Origin: a cyanobacterium endosymbiont of Epithemia turgida isolate EtSB Lake Yunoko
Lineage (GTDB): Bacteria > Cyanobacteriota > Cyanobacteriia > Cyanobacteriales > Microcystaceae
Direction of reading: 5' to 3'
Assembly (NCBI RefSeq): GCF_000829235.1
Contig: NZ_AP012549.1
Location: 1,500,001-1,532,000, forward strand
Length of the DNA: 32,000 nucleotides
Shown here: piece after piece, positions 21,656 to 32,000 of the stretch
Layout: each line of letters starts with the position of its first letter
How positions within the stretch are numbered: the first letter of the stretch is position 1
The notes under the pieces: model-generated
What the model saw: the letters and a program-made list of their open reading frames with translations, nothing else
What the model was told of the DNA's origin: nothing
Databases searched by the model: none
Made by a program: the position numbers and the translations under genes

Positions 21656-22501
21656 TTATTGGTTTTGTACATCCCCTAAATTAAATAAAAACGGTACACT
21701 TCCTTGATTTTTACTTCCCATTACTAATACATTAGGCATTTTTGCTCCTCCTTCTCTCCAAGCTTCAATTGCCTCTTTTTGGAGAACTAATTCCCCACCT
21801 TGGGCTTTCAGAGTTTCTGCTAGTAAACGTTGGGCTTCTGCCTTTCCTTTAGCACGGTTGACATCGGCTTGGGCTTCTTGTTCAGCTTCCTGGGCAATAT
21901 AAACTGCTCGTTGCGCCCGTTGTTCAGCAATTTGTTTTTCTTCAACGGCACGAGCAAATTCAGGAGAAAAGTTTAGATCAATAACGCTTGTATCAAGGAC
22001 AATAATGCCATATTTAGCTAAGCGCTCATTGAGGGCATTATCAAAGTCTTGTTTTAATTCATTACGTTGAGTGATGGACTGTTCTACAGTACGTTTAGCT
22101 GCTGCAATCTTAAAAGATTCTTGGGTTTGGGGAGCAATAATTTTTGCAACGATGTTTTGTAATGTTCCTTGCGTCCGGCGAATTTGAGCTACTTGTACAG
22201 CATCAAGACGAAAGTTAATCGCAAAACTAGCGGTTAGATCCTGTAAATCTTTAGTAGCACTTTGGGCAGGCACTTCAAACTTTTGCACTGTTACATCATA
22301 AACGTCCACTGTTGAAACTAACGGCGGTTTATAATGTATTCCCTCTAATAAAGCCCCATTTTGGGCTTTTCCTAATACACTAAGTACCCCTGCCTGACCA
22401 GGGTTAATTACAATAAATGAATTAAAGCTAATAAAAACCACTAAAGCGACAATGATGCCACCAATTAAAGGCCATAAACTCGGGAAGGATTGACGAGTCA
22501 C
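21656..22501 (-). CDS. SPFH/Band 7 (prohibitin-like) membrane protein
   Basis: 281-aa ORF with an N-terminal TM helix, a PHB-domain core (NPGQAGV...TKDLQ...) and a coiled-coil AEQRAQRA...AEQEAQA tail. It has a GTG start with AAGGAG ~9 nt upstream. Confidence 0.85.
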   Translation of the reverse strand: MTRQSFPSLWPLIGGIIVALVVFISFNSFIVINPGQAGVLSVLGKAQNGALLEGIHYKPPLVSTVDVYDVTVQKFEVPAQSATKDLQDLTASFAINFRLDAVQVAQIRRTQGTLQNIVAKIIAPQTQESFKIAAAKRTVEQSITQRNELKQDFDNALNERLAKYGIIVLDTSVIDLNFSPEFARAVEEKQIAEQRAQRAVYIAQEAEQEAQADVNRAKGKAEAQRLLAETLKAQGGELVLQKEAIEAWREGGAKMPNVLVMGSKNQGSVPFLFNLGDVQNQ

Positions 22502-22616
22502 AAGGTTTTCTCCTTAATCTAAATTAAATGTTAAATTTGACAACGTATTGTATAGAGTTTGGAGTTTCAAGTTAGAAGTTTAAAGATAAAAACTCTTGTC
22601 ACCTTACTCTTCACTC

Positions 22617-23603
22617 TTAAACTTCTCTTAGCCACTGTACCGCATCTTTGGCATGGTAAGTTAAGATTAAATCGGCTCCTGCCCGTTTAAAACTAGTTAA
22701 AGTTTCTAGAATTACTTTTTTCTCGTCAATCCAACCATTGAGAGCGGCTGCTTTGACCATAGAATATTCTCCAGAAACATTGTAAGCTGCTACAGGGAGG
22801 TAGGTTACTTCTTTAACACGCCAGATTACATCCATGTAGGATAAAGCAGGTTTGACCATCAACATGTCCGCCCCTTCTTCGATGTCTAATTTTACTTCTT
22901 TAAGGGCTTCTCTAGCATTTCCTGAGTCCATCTGATAAGTAGATCGATCCCCAAATCTGGGGGAAGATTCAGCCGCATCACGAAAAGGACCATAATAAGC
23001 AGAAGCATATTTAGCAGCATAGGAAAGAACAAGAGTATTATTAAATCCTGCTTCATCTAACCCCTGTCGAACCGCTTGGACAAATCCATCCATCATCCCT
23101 GATGGGGCAATAATGTCAGCTCCTGCTTTAGCTTGAGAAACTGCCGTTTTCTTCAGTAACTCTAGAGTAGGATCATTAAGAACTCGTCCAGTTAGGTCCC
23201 CTACTTCTAGATAGCCACAGTGACCGTGATTGGTATACTCACACAAACAGGTGTCGACAATAACTACTAAATTGGGAACTGCTTCTTTGATAGCAGTAGC
23301 CGCCTGTTGAATAATTCCATGATCATGCCAAGCTCCTGTTGCTGCAATATCCTTAGTTCTAGGAATACCAAAAAGAATAATAGACGGAATGCCTAGATCG
23401 TAAACCTCTTTGGCTTCATCAACAATTTTATCCACCGAGAGTTGATAAACTCCTGGCATAGACTTAACTTCTGTGGCGATTTTTTTGCCAGGAACGACGA
23501 ATAAAGGGTAAATTAAATCATTAGCTGTCAAAATTGTTTCTCGCACCATGCGGCGCAGTTGGACAGTTTGACGTAGACGACGAGGGCGATTAATCGGAAA
23601 CAT
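22617..23603 (-). CDS. hemB: Porphobilinogen synthase (delta-aminolevulinate dehydratase)
   Basis: 328-aa ORF starting [11 protein letters not shown], with the cysteine-rich metal site [14 protein letters not shown] and the active-site MVKPA lysine region. Confidence 0.95.
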   Translation of the reverse strand: MFPINRPRRLRQTVQLRRMVRETILTANDLIYPLFVVPGKKIATEVKSMPGVYQLSVDKIVDEAKEVYDLGIPSIILFGIPRTKDIAATGAWHDHGIIQQAATAIKEAVPNLVVIVDTCLCEYTNHGHCGYLEVGDLTGRVLNDPTLELLKKTAVSQAKAGADIIAPSGMMDGFVQAVRQGLDEAGFNNTLVLSYAAKYASAYYGPFRDAAESSPRFGDRSTYQMDSGNAREALKEVKLDIEEGADMLMVKPALSYMDVIWRVKEVTYLPVAAYNVSGEYSMVKAAALNGWIDEKKVILETLTSFKRAGADLILTYHAKDAVQWLREV

Positions 23604-23909
23604 AAGTCAATAATTGAGGATAAAATTAAGTTAATCTTGCTATTTCGATCACTTAAAAGTCGAAAGTTGCCTATAATAATGTCTTTTAGTTAAAAGTAAA
23701 ATCTTACCAAGGCTATTTCTGCATTTGCTTTTATTCTGATAAAAGTGTTTAACTAACTAAAAAATAATAAACTAGCTTAAGTGTTGCATACCTGAGCATA
23801 ATTATTAAAGAGTAAAGTTTTTTATATAGTTGAGTTAAAAAATATTTTTATAAAAATATTTTTTAAGTTTTTTGTCTAAAGTTAAGTCTCGTTAAAATAG
23901 GTAAACTAT

Positions 23910-24695
23910 ATGGAAGAAAGGGTTCAAAAAATTTTATCCCAATGGGGAATCGCCTCTCGTCGAAAAGCTGAGAAATTGATTTTAGCCGGACGGGTAAAGC
24001 TTAATGGACATCGGGTTCAGTTAGGTGAAAAGGTCAATCCTGAGTATGACCGCTTAGAAGTGGATAGCCAAATTATTCAACCAACTCAACGACCTGATTT
24101 TCTGTATATTTTACTCAATAAACCTCAAAAAGTCGTTTCCACCTGTGACGATCCTCAACTTCGTTTTACAGTCCTTGATTTACTGCCAAAAAACCTCTGT
24201 CAAGGTACAGGTATCCATCCTGTCGGGCGACTAGATTTCAATTCAACTGGAGCTTTACTTTTGACCAATGATGGAGAACTAACTCTCAACTTAACTCATC
24301 CTCGGTATCATTTACCAAAAACTTATGACGTTGTCATTTCTGGAAATATTCCAGAAACACGCTTACAACAATGGCGTGAAGGTGTTATGCTTATGGGCAA
24401 AAAGACCCTAGCAGCTCAGGTTGAAGTAATTCACCGTTATCCTTATCAGCAAACCCACTTACGAGTGGTTATTACTGAAGGAAGAAATCGTCAAATTCGC
24501 CGTATCGTGCAACAGATGGGGTGTCATGTACTACGACTACACCGCAGTGCGATCGGTTCTATTACTGTAGATTCAGAGTTATTTCATGAATCTAGGTTAC
24601 CCAGCGGGCACTATCGCTTACTAACAACCTCAGAAATTAATTTTCTAAAATCTCGTCCCCATCTAATTACAGAAACATCTCAAAAGCTCAGTTGA
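23910..24695 (+). CDS. rRNA pseudouridine synthase (RsuA/RluB/RluF family) with N-terminal S4 domain
   Basis: 261-aa ORF with an S4 motif (RVQKILSQWGIASRRKAEKLILAGRVKLNG), the catalytic GRLDFNSTG(A)LLLTNDG motif, and EGRNRQIRR. Confidence 0.9.
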   Translation: MEERVQKILSQWGIASRRKAEKLILAGRVKLNGHRVQLGEKVNPEYDRLEVDSQIIQPTQRPDFLYILLNKPQKVVSTCDDPQLRFTVLDLLPKNLCQGTGIHPVGRLDFNSTGALLLTNDGELTLNLTHPRYHLPKTYDVVISGNIPETRLQQWREGVMLMGKKTLAAQVEVIHRYPYQQTHLRVVITEGRNRQIRRIVQQMGCHVLRLHRSAIGSITVDSELFHESRLPSGHYRLLTTSEINFLKSRPHLITETSQKLS

Positions 24696-25501
24696 GCATT
24701 ATGTCTAGGAAAAAGCTCTCTGTTAATCCATCGTCAGACTTACTATCTAAGATAGAGCGATCGGAAATCTCTCCCAGAAAAGGGAGTCTAACTTTTTGGC
24801 GACGGTTAGTGACTAAAATTCATTTAAATCTATTGGTAAAAAACAATCGAAGAAGAAAACTAACAGAAATGGAGTTTCGAGTATATTTGCCGATAATTTT
24901 TTCTTTAAGGCAAATTAAGCTACTTTTATCTAATCGTCGATGGAATAAAACTTCATCCTATGATCTCGAACAAGAACAATATAATGTTTTAACTAATATA
25001 GGAAATCAACTTTATCAAGCTCGTCGGGAACAGGATATCTCCCTTGAGATGGTTGCTGCCGATACCTTTATCTCTCTAGGGTTGTTACAGTCACTCGAAA
25101 AGGGTGATCTAAAGGATTTGCCAGAGCCAATTTATGTCAGAGGACTAATTAGAAAATTTGCTGATTATTTAGGTTTAAATGGTAGAGTTTTAGCCAATCA
25201 TTTTCCCACGAAAATGGTAGGAAAATCTTCTCAATCTTCCCGTCTTCAAATTTGCTTTCCCACTTTGGAGTTACGTCCTTTTCATCTCTATTTTATTTAT
25301 ATTGCCATTATTATTTTGTCTGTTGAAGGAATTTCTAATCATCTTAAACGCACAGCTTTAGATTTAGAGACAGGGGAGGTTCATCACTCATCCCCTAAGT
25401 CCTCTTCGTCAGTCACAGTATCTAGTGATCAAAATTCTTTTGTCAACCAACATCAAAAGGTTTTACCCAAAAAAATATGTTGTGATAGATACTGGCCTTA
25501 A
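24692..25501 (+). CDS. RodZ-like HTH membrane protein; start uncertain, C-terminal domain apparently missing
   Basis: HTH segment LYQARREQDISLEMVAADTFISLGLLQSLEKGDLKDLPEPIYVRGLIRKFADYLGL, then one TM helix (FHLYFIYIAIIILSV) and an S-rich linker. The ORF opens at a TTG overlapping the upstream stop. The first ~90 codons are K/R-rich and unlike RodZ, so an internal ATG (24701 or ~24869) is more likely. Confidence 0.6.
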   Translation: MSIMSRKKLSVNPSSDLLSKIERSEISPRKGSLTFWRRLVTKIHLNLLVKNNRRRKLTEMEFRVYLPIIFSLRQIKLLLSNRRWNKTSSYDLEQEQYNVLTNIGNQLYQARREQDISLEMVAADTFISLGLLQSLEKGDLKDLPEPIYVRGLIRKFADYLGLNGRVLANHFPTKMVGKSSQSSRLQICFPTLELRPFHLYFIYIAIIILSVEGISNHLKRTALDLETGEVHHSSPKSSSSVTVSSDQNSFVNQHQKVLPKKICCDRYWP

Positions 25502-27420
25502 AATAACTGTTTTTTAAAATTTTAAAAAAATATTGACTTACTATGATTAGTTTATATAAAAAATATTAGTTTAATAAAACTCTTGTTTTAATATTATTAA
25601 GGTTAATTTAATTGAGCTATAAACGTATAGTTTTAATTAATTTAATTTTTTTATTTACATCTTAATATCCCTTTTTGTGGATATCAATTGTCAGAATAAA
25701 CTACAGGTTTTAAAATTTATCTACTCATTATCTAACAACTTTGTAGTTTTTATTTATTTTCGAAGTTTATTCAAAGTCTCTAGAGGAATTATAAAAAGTG
25801 ACTTACTCTACTTTAGTTTTTCACTGATTTTTTTTAGACTTTCTCTAACAATACTGACTTCTTCTATTTGGCTTAATTTCTTTTAATCCAAGTTTGGAAA
25901 ATATTTTACTATTATCGTTTTAGTTTTTTTAAATCAGACTACAGGTTTTTAACTTTTTATATATACTAGTAATGTTTGTTAATTGAGTAGTTCCTAGTAA
26001 TAGCAATAAATAAACTACCTGATTAAATTTTAATCGATTATTAAATCAATGGTTTAATTAAACCTTATATGATTTTGCTTGTATTTTTAAACTTTATAAA
26101 TTAGTTAATTATATATAAAAATATAAACCTATACTAATACTTTTAGTATCAGTATTTCTATTAAATAAGTACAATAATCTCTCTTTTTATTCATCCTTAA
26201 AAAGTAAAATAGTCTAAAAAACTTAATCTAGTGGTTGTTATGATTAACATCATATTTTTAATATATAAATTTTATATGTATAAGTTTTAAATGCATGAAG
26301 TATATCTTCTGTAGTTAAGTTTTTATATTCAACTACAGATAGTAGAAATATGAACTGTAACAGCTGTTGTTCAGTGTCACCGAGAACTATTTAACTTAGC
26401 ACACTATCTTTTTATACTATACTTTAGTAAGTGTTCCACAGTATTAAGTTGTCCTACCTAAATTAAAGAGAATTTTTTGTAAACATAAGAGAATATTTTT
26501 ATGCTTTGTATTGCTTCTTAAAGTCTAAGAACAAGATTCATAAGACTATAATTAACTTGAATACACTATACTACTTGTTAAGTTGATTTATTAATCTTAA
26601 TTATTAGTTAATATGATTTTAGTGATACTATTTACAGTGTACATAAATTAATTAGAGTTTAATTTTATGTCAACTACTACCTTAACTTGACATAAAAAAA
26701 TATATAAAATTTATTATTTTTTTTAAAAAAGTTTAGATATTGAATAGTATTAAAAAGTTTAATAAAATAATCGTTATATTCTATTGACAGACTGATAATA
26801 TAAAAAAAAATTCAAAACTGGATTACTATTGGTGTTTTTGGACACCACTAAAAACAAGATAAAAGATGCTTAAAGCTAAGGTTTATATATTTTTTATTAT
26901 CTATTGATTATCCAGGATGTGGCATAATTTCAGTCAATAACAATGAAGAAAATATAAAAAGTTAAATTAGCCAGTGAGGTATTTACATATAGATTAGCCT
27001 TGGGGATAATAAAAATTATTTGCTGATGCTCAGAATAAGGCAGTTTATAATTTGAGATATTTTTGATGAAGAATAAGAAATTATAAGAAGTTTAATTAAC
27101 TAAAAGCTAAACAGAGAATTATAAATTTAATTTGACGAGATTAAAAATAATTGTCGGATAAATATAAGCTAATATCTTTATTAACCACAAGCTTCTTAAA
27201 AAGAAGATATCAGATAATTTTAAAATTTTCAGTATTAATTAATAGTTAAAATACTTTATTTACATTTTTTAAGATATTACTATTCATGTCTGAATACTCA
27301 TAAAAAATTGACAAGTACTGCAGAATAAATTAAATCAAATAAATTAAAGATTTAATAAAACTGATTCAATTAGATATTCATGAAATTTTAAATAGATATT
27401 GACAAGTATTTTTGTGTCAA

Positions 27421-27840
27421 TCAAGCAATGCGATCAAGAAGTCGACGGCGTTTCTGTTCAAATTCATATTCTGAGACTAACCCTTCTTCCCGCAATTGAT
27501 CCAATTCTCTTAGTCCTTCGGCAATAGCCTCGACTTTTACCGGTTTAGTAATACTAGGATTAAGAACAACAGGTTGGGAATAACTTAAGGATAATTCGTT
27601 AAATTGAGCTTTAAACAGTTCTTGTCCTTGTACAATATACCATACTACATCAATAGCACAAGCAATACGGGGAATAGGACTATCCCACAATAGACAATAG
27701 ATTACTCCCCAGACAGGTTGTCCCAGGTAGAATTTATGAAGTCCTGCAATTGGCCACGGAACAATCGTAGCAAGTAAAGCTAAGATAACCCCTACTTTAC
27801 GGCTTTTTTGTTGATTTAATAGCTTTTCTAAAATTTCCAT
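27421..27840 (-). CDS. TM2-like / SHOCT domain membrane protein
   Basis: 139-aa ORF with two predicted TM helices around GLHKFYLGQ (TM2-type motif). The C-terminal EEGLVSEYEFEQKRRRLLDRI matches the SHOCT short C-terminal domain pattern. Confidence 0.7.
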   Translation of the reverse strand: MEILEKLLNQQKSRKVGVILALLATIVPWPIAGLHKFYLGQPVWGVIYCLLWDSPIPRIACAIDVVWYIVQGQELFKAQFNELSLSYSQPVVLNPSITKPVKVEAIAEGLRELDQLREEGLVSEYEFEQKRRRLLDRIA

Positions 27841-28168
27841 AGAATTTTCGATAAAATAATAATAATTGATCTAATTTATTTAATCTACTGTTTTTGACTG
27901 TTGTTTATAGGAAAACGGTTCCTTCTTGAAGTCATAAGTGTCTCAGCAAAATTAATTACTAAGTTCACAATGCCTAATAGTAGAGCTATAATCTTTATTA
28001 AACAATTATTATGGGGATATATATCCTACCGTTGTTAGCATCTCAATCAACGACTAAAGATGATACGGAAACCCGTAGTTTTCAAGAGGTTGAGAGTCAT
28101 TTATAATGGTATATGAAGTCCTGTTGTCAGATGGGACTGCTGATTGACGTCGTTTAAAATTACATGAA

Positions 28169-28489
28169 ATGACAATGGGATTTTTTGATTCTGAAGTTGT
28201 TCAACAAGAAGCCAAACAGTTATTTGAAGACTATCAATCTTTAATAAAGTTAGGAGGAGAATACGGAAGGTTTGATCGTGAGGGTAAAAAAATTTTTATT
28301 GATAAAATGGAAGCTCTTATGGATAGATATAAAATTTTCATGAAACGCTTTGAGCTATCGAAAGATTTTATGGCAAAAATAACTGTTGAACAACTCAAAA
28401 CTCAACTAGTACAATTTGGCATCACTCCTGAGCAAATGTTTCATCAAATGAATTTAACTTTAGAGAGAATGAAATCCGAAATCGAATAA
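28169..28489 (+). CDS. Conserved cyanobacterial protein, DUF1825-like
   Basis: 106-aa ORF. The (M)GFFDSEVVQQEAKQLFEDY N-terminus and the size match my recollection of the cyanobacteria/plastid-lineage DUF1825 family. The assignment is from memory, not a search. Confidence 0.55.
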   Translation: MTMGFFDSEVVQQEAKQLFEDYQSLIKLGGEYGRFDREGKKIFIDKMEALMDRYKIFMKRFELSKDFMAKITVEQLKTQLVQFGITPEQMFHQMNLTLERMKSEIE

Positions 28490-28614
28490 TGAACAAGGAT
28501 AGAATCAGTTAATTCTAAGAGCTAATAAATGGGTATTTTTTTTGGCATTTTTCTGTGATTATCAGAAAAGAAAATAAATGGTAAAATAAAACTGTTTTTA
28601 ATGTCAAAAAAAAT

Positions 28615-29796
28615 ATGTATGATTTTGCAATTATTGGTGGAGGTATTGTCGGACTTGCCACAGGGATGGCATTAGGTCATAAATACCCTAATGCTTCGAT
28701 TGTAGTTTTAGAAAAAGAAGCCTGTATTGCTTTTCATCAAACTAGCCGTAATAGCGGTGTCATTCACTCAGGCATTTATTATCAACCTGGTAGTTTTAAA
28801 GCAAAATTTACTTCTGTTGGTAACCAGTCTATGGTAGATTTTTGTCGTACCTATAATATCCCTTATGAAGTTTGTGGAAAAGTTATTGTTGCCACGAAAG
28901 AAACAGACCTTCTCTTATTAGATAATTTTTATCAACGTGGTTTAGAAAAAAAGTTAAAAGTTAAAAAGATTAGCTCTCAAGAAGTAAGGGAGATAGAACC
29001 TTATGTTAACTGTCTAGCTGGAGTTTACGTTCCTACTTCAGGAATTACTGACTACACAAAAATAAGTCAAAAATATTCTGAATTAATTCAAGAGCAAGGA
29101 GGAGAAATTTGTCTTAACACAGAGGTAAAAAAAATTGTTAAAACTTCTGAGAGCCAAGTTTTAGAAACTAATCAAGGAGCAATTAAAACCAGTTTCGTTA
29201 TTAATTGTGCCGGATTATATAGTGATCGCGTAGCTAAATTAGCTGAGGTTGATAGTCAAGTCAAAATTATCCCATTTCGTGGTGAATATTACGAGTTGAC
29301 TCCTGAAAAACGTTATTTAGTAAAAAATCTTGTTTATCCTGTTCCTAATCCCCAATTTCCTTTTTTAGGAGTTCACTTCACCCGTATGATTGATGGAAGC
29401 GTTCATGCTGGACCCAATGCAGTGTTAAGTTTGAAGCGAGAAGGATATAAAAAGACAGATTTTAACATCAAAGATTTTGCTGAGGTTATGACTTATCCAG
29501 GATTTTGGAAGTTGGCAGCCAAACACGCTGATGAAGGCATAAAAGAAACGATTCGCTCTTTTAGTAAAGCCGCTTTTGTTCGAAGTCTACAACAACTCAT
29601 CCCTGAAGTAACGGTCTCTGATTTAATTGTCAGCAAATCTGGAGTTCGCGCCCAAGCTCTGAAATCTGATGGGGAACTAGTCAATGACTTTTTAATTATT
29701 CAAAATGAACAAGCTTTGCATGTTTGTAACGCGCCTTCTCCAGCAGCAACTGCTTCTTTAGAAATTGGTAAAGCAATTGTTGCCCGAATTCCTTAA
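28615..29796 (+). CDS. lhgO: L-2-hydroxyglutarate oxidase/dehydrogenase-type FAD oxidoreductase
   Basis: 393-aa ORF with the N-terminal FAD fold YDFAIIGGGIVGLA, then EKE...HQTSRNSGVIHSGIYY and NAPSPAATASL near the C-terminus, as in LhgO. Confidence 0.8.
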   Translation: MYDFAIIGGGIVGLATGMALGHKYPNASIVVLEKEACIAFHQTSRNSGVIHSGIYYQPGSFKAKFTSVGNQSMVDFCRTYNIPYEVCGKVIVATKETDLLLLDNFYQRGLEKKLKVKKISSQEVREIEPYVNCLAGVYVPTSGITDYTKISQKYSELIQEQGGEICLNTEVKKIVKTSESQVLETNQGAIKTSFVINCAGLYSDRVAKLAEVDSQVKIIPFRGEYYELTPEKRYLVKNLVYPVPNPQFPFLGVHFTRMIDGSVHAGPNAVLSLKREGYKKTDFNIKDFAEVMTYPGFWKLAAKHADEGIKETIRSFSKAAFVRSLQQLIPEVTVSDLIVSKSGVRAQALKSDGELVNDFLIIQNEQALHVCNAPSPAATASLEIGKAIVARIP

Positions 29797-29823
29797 ATAA
29801 TTTTGACTAAAAATCATTAAGGA

Positions 29824-29852
29824 GGATGAATCAATTAATTCATTCTTTTTTT
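29824..29852 (+). terminator. Intrinsic terminator downstream of lhgO
   Basis: ggatgaat caatta attcattc forms an 8-bp stem including one G-U, with a 6-nt loop, followed directly by T7. It starts 28 nt after the lhgO stop. Confidence 0.6.
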
Positions 29853-30457
29853 GCTATCAGTTCACAAAGTAATCTCTTCTGAGAGTAAAAATTAGCACAA
29901 TGAAACGACCTTTTTAGTTTTCAGCAAAAGAAATGAATATAAATTTAGCGTCTTGCTTTTCCGTAGATTATAGCTTTTGTTCATAATGATAATCGTATTC
30001 TAGTCGAAAATTTATATTCGATTTTAATTAAACTTCTTGAAGTCTACAATATTATTTGACAATGGACACTCTGAGTATCTATAAACAATTTAGGCATTAT
30101 TAGCTATATCCTTGCACTAGAGAGATTTATAAATACATCCCTAACCATTTTTTCAAACATCTATAGATAGTGTTCTATCAGATATAGAGCAGACTTACCC
30201 ATGATCCCTTATAAATTGAGTCAATCTTTCAGAAAGTCATGCTAAATTACCTAACAAGATGGATGAAAAAATTTACTGAAACTTTTTATTATCCTAATTA
30301 ATAGCCTTCTATTGGATCCTAAAATGTTCAAAAGGCAAGTCAATTCTTTATGCTATAAGCTAATTAACATAGGAATTTCAGACACTATTAACTGATCTAG
30401 ACTTTGTTATAGTCCCGATTTTTTGCTACACTCGCTCGATTAGACTGAACTATTATT

Positions 30458-32000
30458 ATGCCAACGCTTGTTATCGTCGAATCTCCGACTAAAGCTCGTA
30501 CCATTAGAAACTATCTACCCAAAGGGTATCGCGTCGAGGCATCTATGGGGCATGTACGAGATCTCCCTGCCTCAGCTGAGGAAGTTCCCGCATCATATAA
30601 GGAAAAAAGTTGGTCAAACTTAGGAATTAACATTGAGAATAATTTTGAGCCACTTTATATCGTTCCCAAAAATAAGAAAAAAGTGGTTCAAGAACTTAAA
30701 TTTGCTTTAAAAGAGGCCGATGAGTTAATTCTTGCCACTGACAAAGACCGTGAAGGGGAAAGTATCAGTTGGCATTTGCTACAGCTACTCAAGCCCAAAG
30801 TTCCTATCAAACGTATGGTTTTTCATGAAATTACTCGTGAAGCCATACAACAGGCGTTGAATAACTGCCGTGATATTGATAAGAATTTGGTTCATGCCCA
30901 AGAAACAAGACGAATTTTAGATCGTTTAGTTGGTTATACGGTTTCTCCGCTACTTTGGAAAAAAATTGCTCGCGGTCTCTCCGCTGGACGAGTGCAATCA
31001 GTAGCAGTTCGTCTGTTGGTGCAACGGGAGCGAGAACGCCAAGCTTTCCAGTCAGGAGGATACTGGAATCTCAAAGCTTTATTAGAAACAGAAGATAAGA
31101 ACTCCTTTAATGCTAGGTTAGTGACCCTAAAGGACAAGAAAATTGCTACAGCCAACGACTTCGACCCCAGTACTGGAAATATCACTCAGGGACGAGATGT
31201 AGTTCTTCTTGATGAAGATAAAGCTTATACTCTTAAATATCGCTTAGACGGGAAGCATTGGACTGTTAGCAATACAGAAGAAAAACCCACAACTCGCAAA
31301 CCTGCCCCTCCTTTTACTACCTCTACTCTTCAACAGGAATCTAACCGAAAATTAGGAATTTCAGCACGGGATACGATGCGGATTGCCCAAAAACTTTATG
31401 AAGAAGGGTATATCACTTATATGAGAACAGATTCTGTCCATCTATCTGATCAAGCTATTACTGCTGCGAGAAACTGTGTTGAACAAAAATATGGCAAAGA
31501 ATACCTTAGCCACAAACCTCGTCAATACACAACTAAAAGTAAGGGAGCCCAAGAAGCACATGAAGCCGTTCGTCCCGCAGGAAATGAGTTTTGCACTCCT
31601 CAAGAAACAGGATTGTCAGGCAATGAGTTTTCCCTTTATGACTTAATTTGGAAACGTACTGTGGCCTGTCAAATGGCTAATGCTAGTTTAACCCAAATCG
31701 TTATTAGTCTTAAGGTAGAAGACGCAGGCTTTCGTGTTTCAGGTAAACGGATTAATTTTCCAGGTTTTTTCCGCGCTTATGTAGAAGGGTCTGATGATCC
31801 TGAAGTAGCTTTAGAAAACCAAGAAATAATCCTTCCATTTCTACAAGTAGGAGATCATCCTACTTGTCAACAATTAGACGTTTTAGGACATGAAACCCAA
31901 CCCTCTACTCGATTTACCGAAGCATCTCTTGTAAAAATCCTCGAAAGTGAGGGAGTCGGTCGTCCGAGTACCTACGCCAGTATTATTGGGACAATTATTG
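30458..32000 (+). CDS. topA: DNA topoisomerase I (partial; continues past the window end)
   Basis: The frame opens at ATG 30458 and is still open at 32000, so it is absent from the ORF track. It has a Toprim N-terminus ([37 protein letters not shown]), [10 protein letters not shown], and the active-site region [12 protein letters not shown]. Confidence 0.95.
   Translation, partial: MPTLVIVESPTKARTIRNYLPKGYRVEASMGHVRDLPASAEEVPASYKEKSWSNLGINIENNFEPLYIVPKNKKKVVQELKFALKEADELILATDKDREGESISWHLLQLLKPKVPIKRMVFHEITREAIQQALNNCRDIDKNLVHAQETRRILDRLVGYTVSPLLWKKIARGLSAGRVQSVAVRLLVQRERERQAFQSGGYWNLKALLETEDKNSFNARLVTLKDKKIATANDFDPSTGNITQGRDVVLLDEDKAYTLKYRLDGKHWTVSNTEEKPTTRKPAPPFTTSTLQQESNRKLGISARDTMRIAQKLYEEGYITYMRTDSVHLSDQAITAARNCVEQKYGKEYLSHKPRQYTTKSKGAQEAHEAVRPAGNEFCTPQETGLSGNEFSLYDLIWKRTVACQMANASLTQIVISLKVEDAGFRVSGKRINFPGFFRAYVEGSDDPEVALENQEIILPFLQVGDHPTCQQLDVLGHETQPSTRFTEASLVKILESEGVGRPSTYASIIGTII

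Overview
This is an AT-rich, cyanobacterial-type chromosome segment that appears to be in advanced reductive decay. I found no CRISPR array, transposase, phage or defence-type gene cluster, and no novel multi-gene system. 18 apparently intact, mostly housekeeping genes (tsaD, a glutaredoxin-like gene, purA, rplY, ribH, rsmG, an OppC/DppC-type permease, nfu, an RNase D-like exonuclease, queE, an SPFH/prohibitin gene, hemB, an rRNA pseudouridine synthase, a RodZ-like HTH protein, a TM2/SHOCT protein, a DUF1825-like protein, lhgO and a partial topA) plus one tRNA-Arg(CCG) cover about 13.6 kb of 32 kb (~43%). The rest is gene-less and extremely AT-rich: 1819-4782, 5053-6057, 8498-13267, 14000-15850, 16895-17985, 19080-20195, 20808-21655, 25502-27420 and 29797-30457. 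Two tracts still hold recognisable gene corpses: a type I phosphoribosyltransferase pseudogene (~11695-12146) and an OppB/DppB-type permease pseudogene directly upstream of the intact oppC-like gene (~16896-17843). The least expected signal is many long, unique, perfect or near-perfect inverted repeats in the dead DNA. They include a 52-bp perfect palindrome upstream of purA, and at least seven hairpins have perfect arms of 17 bp or more. The taxonomic reading (reduced-genome or endosymbiont-like cyanobacterium) is inference from protein families and composition only.
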